From: a virus | Reading direction: 5' to 3' (one strand) | IMG/VR virus record: IMGVR_UViG_3300021197_000975 | Span: 6,359 to 70,358 of that record | Length of the DNA stretch: 64,000 bases | In this document: positions 9,932 to 20,043 of the stretch, piece by piece | Layout: the number at the start of each line of letters is the position of its first letter | How positions within the stretch are numbered: the stretch's first letter is position 1 | Translations under genes and position numbers: made by a program | The notes under the pieces: model-generated | Told to the model about the DNA's origin: nothing | What the model saw: the letters and a program-made list of their open reading frames with translations, nothing else | Database searches by the model: none

Positions 9932-12900
9932 TGGCTAGAAAGAGGAGAACACAATCGGTTAACATACCTATCCACACACTCTCAGGTGGTGTAGCAAAGC
10001 AAGCACCATCCAAGAGACTGCCTTCAGAGGCAGAAGAGATAGATAATTGTTTAGTTTCATTGGAGAGGTCAATCGAAAAGCGTCCTCCTATTAGCCACAT
10101 TTCTACGAATACTGGAGACGGAAGACTTGATGTCAAGTATTTAAATGGTGAGGCAACACCAAACTCAGGTACTAAAGCTACAGCTACACTAACAATAGAT
10201 GCAGCTTCTGATGATGTAGAAACTATTACGGAGTTACATGACAAAACTTTAATCCTCCAAGATGTTGAAGGAGCTGCCTTTACTTTAACGTTTGATAATA
10301 CGGTAAAAGAAATAGCAACCAAAGCTACTGAAACAATGAAGTTCAAGACAACGACATTATCTAAATACTGTGGTTCCTTTGGTAATCCTTCAGATGCTTT
10401 CTATGATACAGGTTGGATTGGTCTTACTGATGCAGCTGGTGTATATAAGAAGTATAAATTTATAGCAGTAAACCCCTCAACTTTTACTCAGTATGCAACA
10501 GGAGCTCTTGCTGCTGCTCCTACAGGACAGTCTCAAGGTTTTGTTTGGGTTAATATCTATGGCAAAACTACAGTACAACAAATTGCTGATGAGTTTAAAG
10601 AAGCTGTTGATGGTGCAAACGGACATAATGCTGGTACAGCAGGCTCTGTAATTTCTATAACTACTTCTAGTGATGGCTCTGCTTTAATGCAACAGCAAAC
10701 TTTAGGAACTAGTGGCAATACAAATATTATTGAAAAGATAAATGGAAATCATAACCCAGATAAATCTTCTGGTTACATAACTTTTAGTAGTTGGACTTGT
10801 GATTACAGGTATGGCACTGACGTTCCTAAATTTACTGGAGGATACAACGGAGGCACATCTTCTACAATTGGATTGCATGGGCTTACAACAGTAGCACATA
10901 TATATTCTTCAATTATTACTTCAATTGATTTAGCAATCGTTGCTGGGTTAAGGATGACAAGAACAGGCACTGGACCTATTACATTAACTATGTCAACTGC
11001 CGGTTTAACAGGAAACAATAGAACTATTACTGGAACTTCTATCACCCCTACTACCCCAGCTACAGCTTCGCTTCAGTTTGGAGATGCTGGTTATGTAGGT
11101 GATTGTTGTGACCCTGAGAATAGTGTGTATGCTAATAAGACAATTACTTTGACTGATAGCTCAGGAGCTTCTGTTGTCTTTACTATAAAGACTGATGGCA
11201 CAGCAACAGGAAAAGTTACTTCGTCTGCATATAATGTAAGTTTCCAAGGTGTCTCAAAGAAATACCAGTATGCTGAAAGATTTCAAGTTGCTGTTGCTCT
11301 TGCAAAAACAAATAGTGACTTAGCTATTACTGCCGTGTGGGCTGGCGATACAGCTACGGCTGTGAGTTTAACTCAAGATGTTGTAGGTAACAATGGCAAC
11401 AGGGCAGTAACTTCTAATGTTTCTGGTACAAAAGCTACTGCAACCATAACAGTTCTTAATGATCAAGAAGCAACATTAGCTACTAACCTTGATGGTACTA
11501 CATTTATTTTAAATGATGGCAGCTCTTCTGTTACTTTTACTTTTGATGATGATACTAACGGAGCTTTAGGTACTACCATTTCAGTATGGGATGTTGATGA
11601 TACTCCTGCTATTAAAGCAGATGCTGCTGACTTCAATGGTTTTACCACTGGTACGGATAGAATTAGATTAAATGTTCCTACCGCAGCTGGAGGAGCTGGT
11701 AGTGATATTGATATCCAACTTGTTAATGACACTGACGGCAGTACTTCTGCTGGCTCAGGTGTTATTGGAGTAGGCACAAGTGGGGCAAGCGCAAGCACTG
11801 TCGTTGAGGCAGTGATTGATGCTATTAATGGGATCACTAATAGTAGAGTACACTTTGGTAGTGGGACCAGTGCTAGTGGTATAGTCGGATTGATAGCAAG
11901 CATTGGTACTAGTGGCACTAAGATGTCGCTTGAAGCAAACAACCCCGGTACAGCAGGCAATGCAATTACTATTGCTAACGCAGCTGGCGATGCTGCAAGC
12001 GCAGGCTCACTGGCAGGTGGACTTGATGGACAGATGACAGCAAAGTGTGTTGCAAATAGAATTGTAGATTGTATTAATTCTAACTCTATTAATATTACAG
12101 CTACCCCTAATCCTCCTACAGCTGACGGAGGTGGTGACTATGCTATTACTCTTACTCAAGATACAGCAAGTGATGCTGGTAACACAGCAATTACAGCTAC
12201 ATCAATATCAAACTATATAACTTATGCTGCTGCGTTTACAGGAGGAACTCGTGGGGTTTCTGCAACTAAGGTAGATGCGGTTGATTACAATGGGTTTACA
12301 ATTGGAGACTCATGGACGTTTACTACACCCGGAGGTACGATATACACCGTTAGAACTTCAGGTGCTGATGCAACGGGATCTGGATCTACAACCTCAACAG
12401 TAATTGCTGTAGGTTGTTCTTCAGGCCCAAGTGCAGGCACTGTAGCGGAGACTGTGGTTGATGCTATCAATGGACACTTTGGATCTGGTGGGGCGTATAA
12501 CCACGCCTTTGCAAGTGCAAACTCTGGTGTAAACACAGGTCTTCCTAATGTAACTGCTACTTTAAGTGGGTCTACGAAAGTAACACTAACCCATGACGAA
12601 GGTGCGAATGGAAACACGGCTGTCGTAGGGAACTCAACAGGTGACGCTGCGAGTGCCGGTGCTTTATCTGGAGGACACACTCAAATCCTTGGGGTAACTG
12701 GATTCACAGGTGGCGTTGGCAACATGCTAACTCCAACAACATTTGCTAGTGGAACTGATGATGTTATTCCTGATTTCAATTCAGACAATCTTTACTATCA
12801 TTTCCTTGATATAGATGGAACCCATAGATACTGCATTGTTGTTAATAGATCCATTCAAAATACAAGTGGCACAGATCTTGTAAATATCTATCGAATAGAA

Positions 12901-15381
12901 CCAACGGAGTGGGTAAAAGAAACCTTTGATCTTGGTTCATATGATGATTGTATGAAAGATTATATACTGTACAAAAACTTAGCGTCTGATTTGTTAGATG
13001 CTGATGGGTCTTCTATGCGAATAGATGAGGTTCTCGGCTCCATTGATTATGGTAAGGGTATTGTACTTTTTAACAAGCATATTGAATTAGAATATTTACC
13101 TGACAATTCAAACTTAACATACACTCATACAGACCCTTTGTTCAAGGGAGTAGAATTAGATCCTCAGTATAACCAAGCTGGAACTCCCTTTAGATTTAAA
13201 GTGGGTAGTATGGGATGGGGATGTAGTACTACCCAGTTACCCGGCGCAGATACAGAAGACCTTAATCCTATTTGCTACGGGGATGCCGGAACTTCAGAAT
13301 GTCCTGCTTGTGAAGGTGATCAATATTCTGAAGGTTGTTTTGATTTAGATGGCTTGTGTAAATGGTATGATAAAACTGGTGGGTTTGTTAATGTTTCGGA
13401 TCACATTGAAGCAAGAGTAAATACAGCTTCTCTTGAACCTTATGATGTTGGTAAATCAAGAACAAACTTCGGTGACTTTGATGTTCCACCTGCTGCTGAT
13501 GATTACAAAACATTCATGGGAACAAAAGCAAGAAGAGTTTGTGATCATACTTACAACCCCTTTACTACGACAGTAAAATGGTCTGAAGCTGTCGGTGCAA
13601 AAAACTGTAGACCAAACCCTTTCTATGGACCCGGACAACTTGATGATAGGTTTCTATACACAGGTGAAGATGGTATGTATGGCGAGGTGTGGTATGCAAG
13701 AGAATCATTCTTTACGTTCCCCTCAGGATTCTACCGTGTAACTTCAAAGGATGGTCTTCAGCCTTACTTCCATAGGATGAGATCTGAAGGGCCTAAGTCT
13801 GTCCTTGACCATACTACATTCCCTCTTATGATTTACAAGAGCAATGACTTGGATGATAATGGAAATGGTAAGTGGAAGATACGATACATGCCATTACAGC
13901 CCAAGCTAAGTGGTGGTGAAAATACTAACCCCGGTCCCACTGCTATTGATAATAAAGAGAAGATCAAAGGTGCTTGTATATGGGGTGATAGACTGTGGTT
14001 TGGAACTGAATCAACTATCTTCTCATCACGAATGGGGGAATACTTTGATTTCTTCCTCAATGATTACTTAAATATAGTAGATACTGACCCAATTGACTTG
14101 AGTCTTAACATTGGAAAGTATAGTGTTATTTCTCACATGGTTCCATTCCAAGGATATATTTTCTTGACAACCGAAAGTGGAACACAGTTTGAAGTACGTC
14201 CTTCTGGAACACTTGGTACAATAACACCAACAACCACAATGATTAGACCCTCTTCGTTCTTTTCTACTAGTGCAAAGATGACTCCTATTAGAATGGGAAC
14301 TAAGATATACTTCTTTGATAAGAAGAAATTGTTCTTATATTCTGGAGCAGAAACTTTTGGATACGAATTCTCTACAGCATATGAACTGTCCGAACATTGT
14401 CGTGATTACCTACCCAAGAACTTTAAGGATGTGACAGCTTCCTCTGCAACTAACTCAATCTTCATGGTAGATAAAGATATTCCCTATCATTTATATGTGT
14501 ACACAAACCGTATCACAGATAGAGGTGAGATGCAACAGAATGCATTCCATAGGTGGATTCTTCATACTTCAGATTCAATTGAAGCTGTCCATAGTTATGA
14601 AAATGATTTGTATATCATTGTAAGGAGAACAAATGGTCAAGCTCAGGGTATATATGCATACCATATGTCCTTAGATTCAGTACCTACTAACACTCCATTG
14701 ATGGACAGGATGGTTAAACTGTCAGGTGATAATATTACATATGATGGTAATACTAACTTAACAACTTTCCACCTTCCATATTATGATACGCATGCTAATG
14801 AAATAGTTTTAGCAGAAGATTGGGATTACTCATCGGGCGGTGTAACTAAGAAGCAAGCCTTCACCCGCCTCACTCCTGTCCAGCTTTCAGCTGTTGATCG
14901 AGGAGATTACTGGACAACAGATGTTATTGTTAACGGGAACTGGAAACAGCAGAACACTTCCGCTGGTACGGTTAGTAACTTTGTTGATAGATCCGCCTAT
15001 GTAGGTAGGCCATATGATATGAATGTAGAATTGTCCACTATTTTCCAGAGAGATCGAGACAATAATGCTGTTGATGGTACTCTAAACTTAAAGAGAATCA
15101 CAACAAGACATAAAGATACAGGACAATATGATATTGAAATCACAAGAAGAGGGAGATCTTCTACGACCGTTAGATCTGAAGCTCTCACTCTTGATGACAG
15201 TACAGACCTGCTAGGTGACACCCGTATTGATAGTGAAGGTGAGCTTATCTCTAAGATTCTGGCTCCTGCTGATGGGACTACGATTAAAATTAAAAGTAGC
15301 TACCCAACCCCTTGTAATATTTCTAACATTGATCTCATAGCCAACTTCAGGCCATACATGAGTTCGCCAACACAACAGTAG
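9931..15381 (+). CDS. Tail tubular protein B / nozzle (T7 gp12-like) with a ~860-aa insertion
   Basis: N-terminal IHTLSGGVAKQAP..R...Ns..SLERSIEKRPP; C-terminal RLWF, IFSSRMGEYFDFF, DTDPID, QNAFHRW, YVGRPY. 1816 aa, about twice the usual length. Confidence 0.88.
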   Translation: MARKRRTQSVNIPIHTLSGGVAKQAPSKRLPSEAEEIDNCLVSLERSIEKRPPISHISTNTGDGRLDVKYLNGEATPNSGTKATATLTIDAASDDVETITELHDKTLILQDVEGAAFTLTFDNTVKEIATKATETMKFKTTTLSKYCGSFGNPSDAFYDTGWIGLTDAAGVYKKYKFIAVNPSTFTQYATGALAAAPTGQSQGFVWVNIYGKTTVQQIADEFKEAVDGANGHNAGTAGSVISITTSSDGSALMQQQTLGTSGNTNIIEKINGNHNPDKSSGYITFSSWTCDYRYGTDVPKFTGGYNGGTSSTIGLHGLTTVAHIYSSIITSIDLAIVAGLRMTRTGTGPITLTMSTAGLTGNNRTITGTSITPTTPATASLQFGDAGYVGDCCDPENSVYANKTITLTDSSGASVVFTIKTDGTATGKVTSSAYNVSFQGVSKKYQYAERFQVAVALAKTNSDLAITAVWAGDTATAVSLTQDVVGNNGNRAVTSNVSGTKATATITVLNDQEATLATNLDGTTFILNDGSSSVTFTFDDDTNGALGTTISVWDVDDTPAIKADAADFNGFTTGTDRIRLNVPTAAGGAGSDIDIQLVNDTDGSTSAGSGVIGVGTSGASASTVVEAVIDAINGITNSRVHFGSGTSASGIVGLIASIGTSGTKMSLEANNPGTAGNAITIANAAGDAASAGSLAGGLDGQMTAKCVANRIVDCINSNSINITATPNPPTADGGGDYAITLTQDTASDAGNTAITATSISNYITYAAAFTGGTRGVSATKVDAVDYNGFTIGDSWTFTTPGGTIYTVRTSGADATGSGSTTSTVIAVGCSSGPSAGTVAETVVDAINGHFGSGGAYNHAFASANSGVNTGLPNVTATLSGSTKVTLTHDEGANGNTAVVGNSTGDAASAGALSGGHTQILGVTGFTGGVGNMLTPTTFASGTDDVIPDFNSDNLYYHFLDIDGTHRYCIVVNRSIQNTSGTDLVNIYRIEPTEWVKETFDLGSYDDCMKDYILYKNLASDLLDADGSSMRIDEVLGSIDYGKGIVLFNKHIELEYLPDNSNLTYTHTDPLFKGVELDPQYNQAGTPFRFKVGSMGWGCSTTQLPGADTEDLNPICYGDAGTSECPACEGDQYSEGCFDLDGLCKWYDKTGGFVNVSDHIEARVNTASLEPYDVGKSRTNFGDFDVPPAADDYKTFMGTKARRVCDHTYNPFTTTVKWSEAVGAKNCRPNPFYGPGQLDDRFLYTGEDGMYGEVWYARESFFTFPSGFYRVTSKDGLQPYFHRMRSEGPKSVLDHTTFPLMIYKSNDLDDNGNGKWKIRYMPLQPKLSGGENTNPGPTAIDNKEKIKGACIWGDRLWFGTESTIFSSRMGEYFDFFLNDYLNIVDTDPIDLSLNIGKYSVISHMVPFQGYIFLTTESGTQFEVRPSGTLGTITPTTTMIRPSSFFSTSAKMTPIRMGTKIYFFDKKKLFLYSGAETFGYEFSTAYELSEHCRDYLPKNFKDVTASSATNSIFMVDKDIPYHLYVYTNRITDRGEMQQNAFHRWILHTSDSIEAVHSYENDLYIIVRRTNGQAQGIYAYHMSLDSVPTNTPLMDRMVKLSGDNITYDGNTNLTTFHLPYYDTHANEIVLAEDWDYSSGGVTKKQAFTRLTPVQLSAVDRGDYWTTDVIVNGNWKQQNTSAGTVSNFVDRSAYVGRPYDMNVELSTIFQRDRDNNAVDGTLNLKRITTRHKDTGQYDIEITRRGRSSTTVRSEALTLDDSTDLLGDTRIDSEGELISKILAPADGTTIKIKSSYPTPCNISNIDLIANFRPYMSSPTQQ

Positions 15382-15394
15382 GAGATAAATAAGA

Positions 15395-18300
15395 ATGGCT
15401 GATTGGATTCGCGCTAGAAAGAATTGGTTTAGAACTAATAATAAATGGGTAGCCAAGGCATTTGAGAGCGCGAAAGCTAACAACAGCAATTGGGCAACGT
15501 ACTATGGTAAGTATGGGCATATCTCTAACTCATGGGGATTAAACCCAGACAATCCTTTTTATAATCCTACTAGAAAAATTGATAACTACTATGCATCTCG
15601 TGATTCAGATGGACAAGGCTTAGGCTTTCCTCGAAATGATGGTTGCGATGAATGTAATATTCTTGCAGAAATTATTAATTGTTCTGATGGTAATAATGAC
15701 AGTGCTGCAATGAAAGCATTAAGATCAGCATTGGGGAATAGAGTATGTGAATGTAATGGAACACAAAATGAAAAGTGTTGTGGGTGTATATCAAATAATT
15801 GCCAAGGAGCTGATGTTAATTGTATTCCAGTAAGCCCTCCAGATTGTCCAGATAATAGTAGTATAGCAGACTTATGTGCCGCAAGAGTTAATGCTGGGAG
15901 TAATTGGGATCCTTGTGCTGCGGGATCATGCGAATGCGGCTTCTGCCTAAATGGATGTCCATGTTGCGAGTATGGTGCTGCGGATTGTTCCGGCGATGTT
16001 GGTGATGGATGTTTAGACGGACCTAATGGAGAGTCAGGCTGCTTACCTCTGGAATGCACGGGTGAAGATTGTGCTACTATAGGCATGGCTGAATATGGTT
16101 TAGTTTGTAATGGCTGTCAAGAAGGACAAGAAGTAGTTGGTGAAAATGGTGAGAGCTTAGGGGAATGCTTATGCGAGGATATAACTGCCCCCGGATGTAC
16201 TACTGTTGCCTGCCCCTGTGGTGTTATTCCCGGTAGTTGTTACTTTGGGCCTGAGTGTATATCTCCATGCTGCCCACCGGGAGAAGAAGGGTGTTGTGAA
16301 TGTCCTGATGGATCATGGGTTCCCTGTGAATCTGGATGTGGATCTTCTGAATGCACTTGTCCTAACTATGGTGGTGGTACTTTACCATTAGAATATTGTA
16401 TGACTTGTGAGTATTGTGATTGCGTTTGTGATGATTGTGATTGTAGTAACTTTTCAGGTGAAGGTGGATTTGGGATGCAATGCTTAAATCCTCAGAGTTG
16501 TTTATGGTGTGAGATAACAGGTAAGTGGATCGATCCTTCGATTGAAGATTGTGATGAGCCACCTACTCCCTGTAACTGTGATTCGCAGGGTCCGTGTGCA
16601 ACGGACTCAGAATGTCCCGAGGGTACAGTGTGTATCCAAGGAGGTTGTCATGATCCCGAATGTGTTTATTGTGAATGCACGGAACGATGTCAACCCATAT
16701 GGTGGGACTGCGATTGTGAAGTAAATCCCTGCGAGGATCCAACGGATCCCGAATGTTTTGGAGGCCCCCCGATTGTGTGTTACGATTATAATTCAAATGA
16801 TCCGATATATTATAGTGCTAGTTCCTTAGGACCGTCAGTTACTGTTGAATATACAACAACTGATACTGCTACTGGAGGCACTTACTCGTATGGTAGTGTT
16901 GCTCTTCTTTGTGAAGTGCCTGATCAGTTCCAACTTTGTGTTTATGTTGAGGACTCAAGCGGTAATGAGACCCAATTAGCTTATGCTAACTGTGGAGACT
17001 TTAGCGAATCAGGATGTACAACGAACAACTCATTTATTATTAACCAGACGGCATCTACTATTACCCTTTCACCTACAACTTCTGTTCCGGGTGGTGGTAA
17101 AGTTGTTATGCGTCGATGTACAGATAACAATAGGATGATGCTGAGCTTTTCTGATGGGGCCAAGCTTACAGCAAACGATCTTAATGCTTCTTTACACCAG
17201 TTATTATTCTTAATCCAAGAAAAAGAATTTGCTAGTAATACTTATTACAATGTGGCGAATGCTGCGGACATTTCTGCAACTTCTTTCTTTGAAGTTAAGT
17301 CAGATAGTCCAGCTACGCTGTCAGGTAAGTCAATTCAATTAATAGCAAGCGATGGAACAACTAGGCAGTACGTTTTCTTTAACACAACAGGGCAGGGCCA
17401 TGACACTGGGGATGTTGGTGCGGCTACTAATGATGTTATCGTACAGGTATACGGATTATCCACAACTGCTACTATTGCTGCACAGTTAGAAGCTGCAATT
17501 GAATCTGCTGCTGGTCACAACAGTAAGATTCTTGTTAATGATTACACGGGTAATACATCCAAGAGAACTCTTACGCAATCTGTTGTTGGTACTGCTGGTA
17601 ATACAGCTATTACTACTACCGGCATAGATGATACCATTGTTATTATTCCTTCTATCTTTACAGGTGGTACTGACTATGGTGGGTCGGCTCTTATTAAGTT
17701 TGCTCCTGCTACTACATTGCCTGTTACCTTTAACTTTGCTGGTGCTTCATCAGGAGAAGTTTTAATATGGGATGGTAATGAAGTTTCTGCTACAGCTACT
17801 CCCCCCAAGAGCACATTGCTTGGGCTGGTTGATGTAGATGATACAGTAACTGCTGTGACTAATGATGTTCTTACATACAGTGGTGGTAAGTGGAAACCTT
17901 TAGCTGCCCAAGGAACTGGTGGGACAGGTGTTGACTTGACCGCGTTCCTCGTTATGGATTACTCTGCTAATGCAGCCCTTGATGATTTCTGGACCGCTAC
18001 GTCTACCTCTAGTGGACTTGGATCAGAAGTTTCAACGGTGTGGGAGAAGTCACACATCTCTACTTGGGTCAGCAATGCTCGTGGTGGAAGCTTTACAGCT
18101 AGCCAAGAGAAAGCTACAATTCCTAATGCAATTACTGCATTTGGTTTGGGTATGTTTGGTGCTCAGGAGTGGACAAGAAATGCACTTGGTGTGGGTGATG
18201 GAGTAGCTTCTAGTCAAATCTTTGATACATGGTATGATGGTAAATCACCTCCCGGCAGCAACACAGTACATGCAGCAATGGAATGGGATCTTAGTAAGGG

Positions 18301-20032
18301 CGTCGGTAGAAAGTGGGCTAGTGAAAGCCCTGAGCCTGTGACAAACAGTTCTCCTTACTGGGGTATTAATGATGTGTTAAGATTAAGCACCTCTCTGACT
18401 ACTTGTGGCCGAGCGTTCTATGAATCAATCTCTGTCAGTGGAGTAGATAGGAAGATTAAAAGAGTTGAGCTTTATAATATTGATCAATCAGGAGGTTTTG
18501 AACTTTATTCTGAGAAGTGCAGTACTACAGGTATTCAGTTCCACAAGAAGAATGCCTCTAATAATACAATGTCAGGACAACCCGAGGTAGACCATTACTT
18601 TAATAGCTTAAAGAACGCAGTTTCTTTAGCAAACTGGACTACCGGAAATAACTGGGGACGAACTCATCCTCTTGCTGGGGTATCTGGCGGGTTGGATTAT
18701 ACCGCAGGAATTAAAGAAGCGTTCCAGTCTGATTACGTCTACTCCTCATTAGAAGCAGGAGCTGATCTGTCGGGCGGTACTTATAATGCTGACCAGACTA
18801 CAGCTGGGTGGTGGAAGGCGCAGCTTAATATGCCCGCTGTCATTACTTATTATCTTGGTACTCTATATGATGCCGATTTGGCAGCTGGTAATTCAGATAA
18901 TACAACCAGAACTGTACCTAATGTATTAGAATGGAAAGGCAACTTAGAAAGTATTGTTGACCCTGACTTATTCTTTGATGATAATATTCCTAATGCAGAA
19001 GATGGGTTCTATACTACTCGACAATTCCTTAGATCAACACGAGGAACAAATGAGAGAGCAGGAACAGAATGGTACTTCCATAAGTGGTTCATTAGAGCCG
19101 ATGGTGCAACTTCTGAAGCTGGTTCCTCTTGGGTTCCTGAGTTTAATCCATTCAATGGATCACATTACCAAGATGGTGGTGGCTCAGATAACACGTATAT
19201 CCGACCATCATATAAGGATGGTACTGACCAAGGCGGAACTCTTTCATTTAACGCGGGCTATAGCTTTATGATTGAATCTAATAAGGTGTTCAGTTGGTTT
19301 ATAGAGAATACCCCTCCGATGTATGATGATTATGTCTTTAAGGTAACAATGAAAGATCAACTTCCTGCCAATGCATCTTATCAAGTAATGATTGATTTGC
19401 ATGAACATGTCAATGGTTGTTCACAATTAGAATCTGAAGGAGTAACGACAGCAAGTAAGAGAGTTGGGGATACCGATTGTGATCCTATTGGAATTGGAGG
19501 CACTAACATTGCTTCTGATGGAACAGAAAGATCCGGGCAGCATATCTATCCCGCTGACTTCCATCCTGAGTATGTGTCTATCTGGAATCAGGTGGACTTT
19601 ACTAAGATTAAAGCTTACTCTAGAAATCACCAGCCAACTTCGTTTGAGATTGTTTTAAAGATTCCTAGGTTTGTTCGTATTGGGGTTATAGATAGATATA
19701 CTGATCCTAATGATGAAAGCTACTACAATTCTTCTGGCGCCGGAACAGAGGTTGGTCCTTTATCTCTTGAGTTAATGGCTGATGGTTACACATCTACTGA
19801 TTGGTCAGATGATACTGATGGTTCAGGCGATGGCAATCCTCCAAACAACAACTCAAAGGGCATAACACAGGCAGGATCTGACACAGCTTCTGGTCTTATT
19901 GTTCCTAATACTATTGCTTCTGTATCTACAGAATCTGCTATTCAGTATATTAGATTAGGAATCCCTGCTAACATGATGCTCAGGTTTGCTGTTATTCCTA
20001 GCGCGTTATCACCCATGACAGAACCAACTTAA
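15395..20032 (+). CDS. Tail fiber-like protein: Cys-rich N-terminal extension plus an internal T7 gp17-type attachment domain
   Basis: VMRRCT....LSFSDGAKLTANDLNASLHQLLFLIQE is the T7 fiber anchor motif; about 68 Cys precede it. Confidence 0.75.
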   Translation: MADWIRARKNWFRTNNKWVAKAFESAKANNSNWATYYGKYGHISNSWGLNPDNPFYNPTRKIDNYYASRDSDGQGLGFPRNDGCDECNILAEIINCSDGNNDSAAMKALRSALGNRVCECNGTQNEKCCGCISNNCQGADVNCIPVSPPDCPDNSSIADLCAARVNAGSNWDPCAAGSCECGFCLNGCPCCEYGAADCSGDVGDGCLDGPNGESGCLPLECTGEDCATIGMAEYGLVCNGCQEGQEVVGENGESLGECLCEDITAPGCTTVACPCGVIPGSCYFGPECISPCCPPGEEGCCECPDGSWVPCESGCGSSECTCPNYGGGTLPLEYCMTCEYCDCVCDDCDCSNFSGEGGFGMQCLNPQSCLWCEITGKWIDPSIEDCDEPPTPCNCDSQGPCATDSECPEGTVCIQGGCHDPECVYCECTERCQPIWWDCDCEVNPCEDPTDPECFGGPPIVCYDYNSNDPIYYSASSLGPSVTVEYTTTDTATGGTYSYGSVALLCEVPDQFQLCVYVEDSSGNETQLAYANCGDFSESGCTTNNSFIINQTASTITLSPTTSVPGGGKVVMRRCTDNNRMMLSFSDGAKLTANDLNASLHQLLFLIQEKEFASNTYYNVANAADISATSFFEVKSDSPATLSGKSIQLIASDGTTRQYVFFNTTGQGHDTGDVGAATNDVIVQVYGLSTTATIAAQLEAAIESAAGHNSKILVNDYTGNTSKRTLTQSVVGTAGNTAITTTGIDDTIVIIPSIFTGGTDYGGSALIKFAPATTLPVTFNFAGASSGEVLIWDGNEVSATATPPKSTLLGLVDVDDTVTAVTNDVLTYSGGKWKPLAAQGTGGTGVDLTAFLVMDYSANAALDDFWTATSTSSGLGSEVSTVWEKSHISTWVSNARGGSFTASQEKATIPNAITAFGLGMFGAQEWTRNALGVGDGVASSQIFDTWYDGKSPPGSNTVHAAMEWDLSKGVGRKWASESPEPVTNSSPYWGINDVLRLSTSLTTCGRAFYESISVSGVDRKIKRVELYNIDQSGGFELYSEKCSTTGIQFHKKNASNNTMSGQPEVDHYFNSLKNAVSLANWTTGNNWGRTHPLAGVSGGLDYTAGIKEAFQSDYVYSSLEAGADLSGGTYNADQTTAGWWKAQLNMPAVITYYLGTLYDADLAAGNSDNTTRTVPNVLEWKGNLESIVDPDLFFDDNIPNAEDGFYTTRQFLRSTRGTNERAGTEWYFHKWFIRADGATSEAGSSWVPEFNPFNGSHYQDGGGSDNTYIRPSYKDGTDQGGTLSFNAGYSFMIESNKVFSWFIENTPPMYDDYVFKVTMKDQLPANASYQVMIDLHEHVNGCSQLESEGVTTASKRVGDTDCDPIGIGGTNIASDGTERSGQHIYPADFHPEYVSIWNQVDFTKIKAYSRNHQPTSFEIVLKIPRFVRIGVIDRYTDPNDESYYNSSGAGTEVGPLSLELMADGYTSTDWSDDTDGSGDGNPPNNNSKGITQAGSDTASGLIVPNTIASVSTESAIQYIRLGIPANMMLRFAVIPSALSPMTEPT

Positions 20033-20043
20033 GGAATATATAA

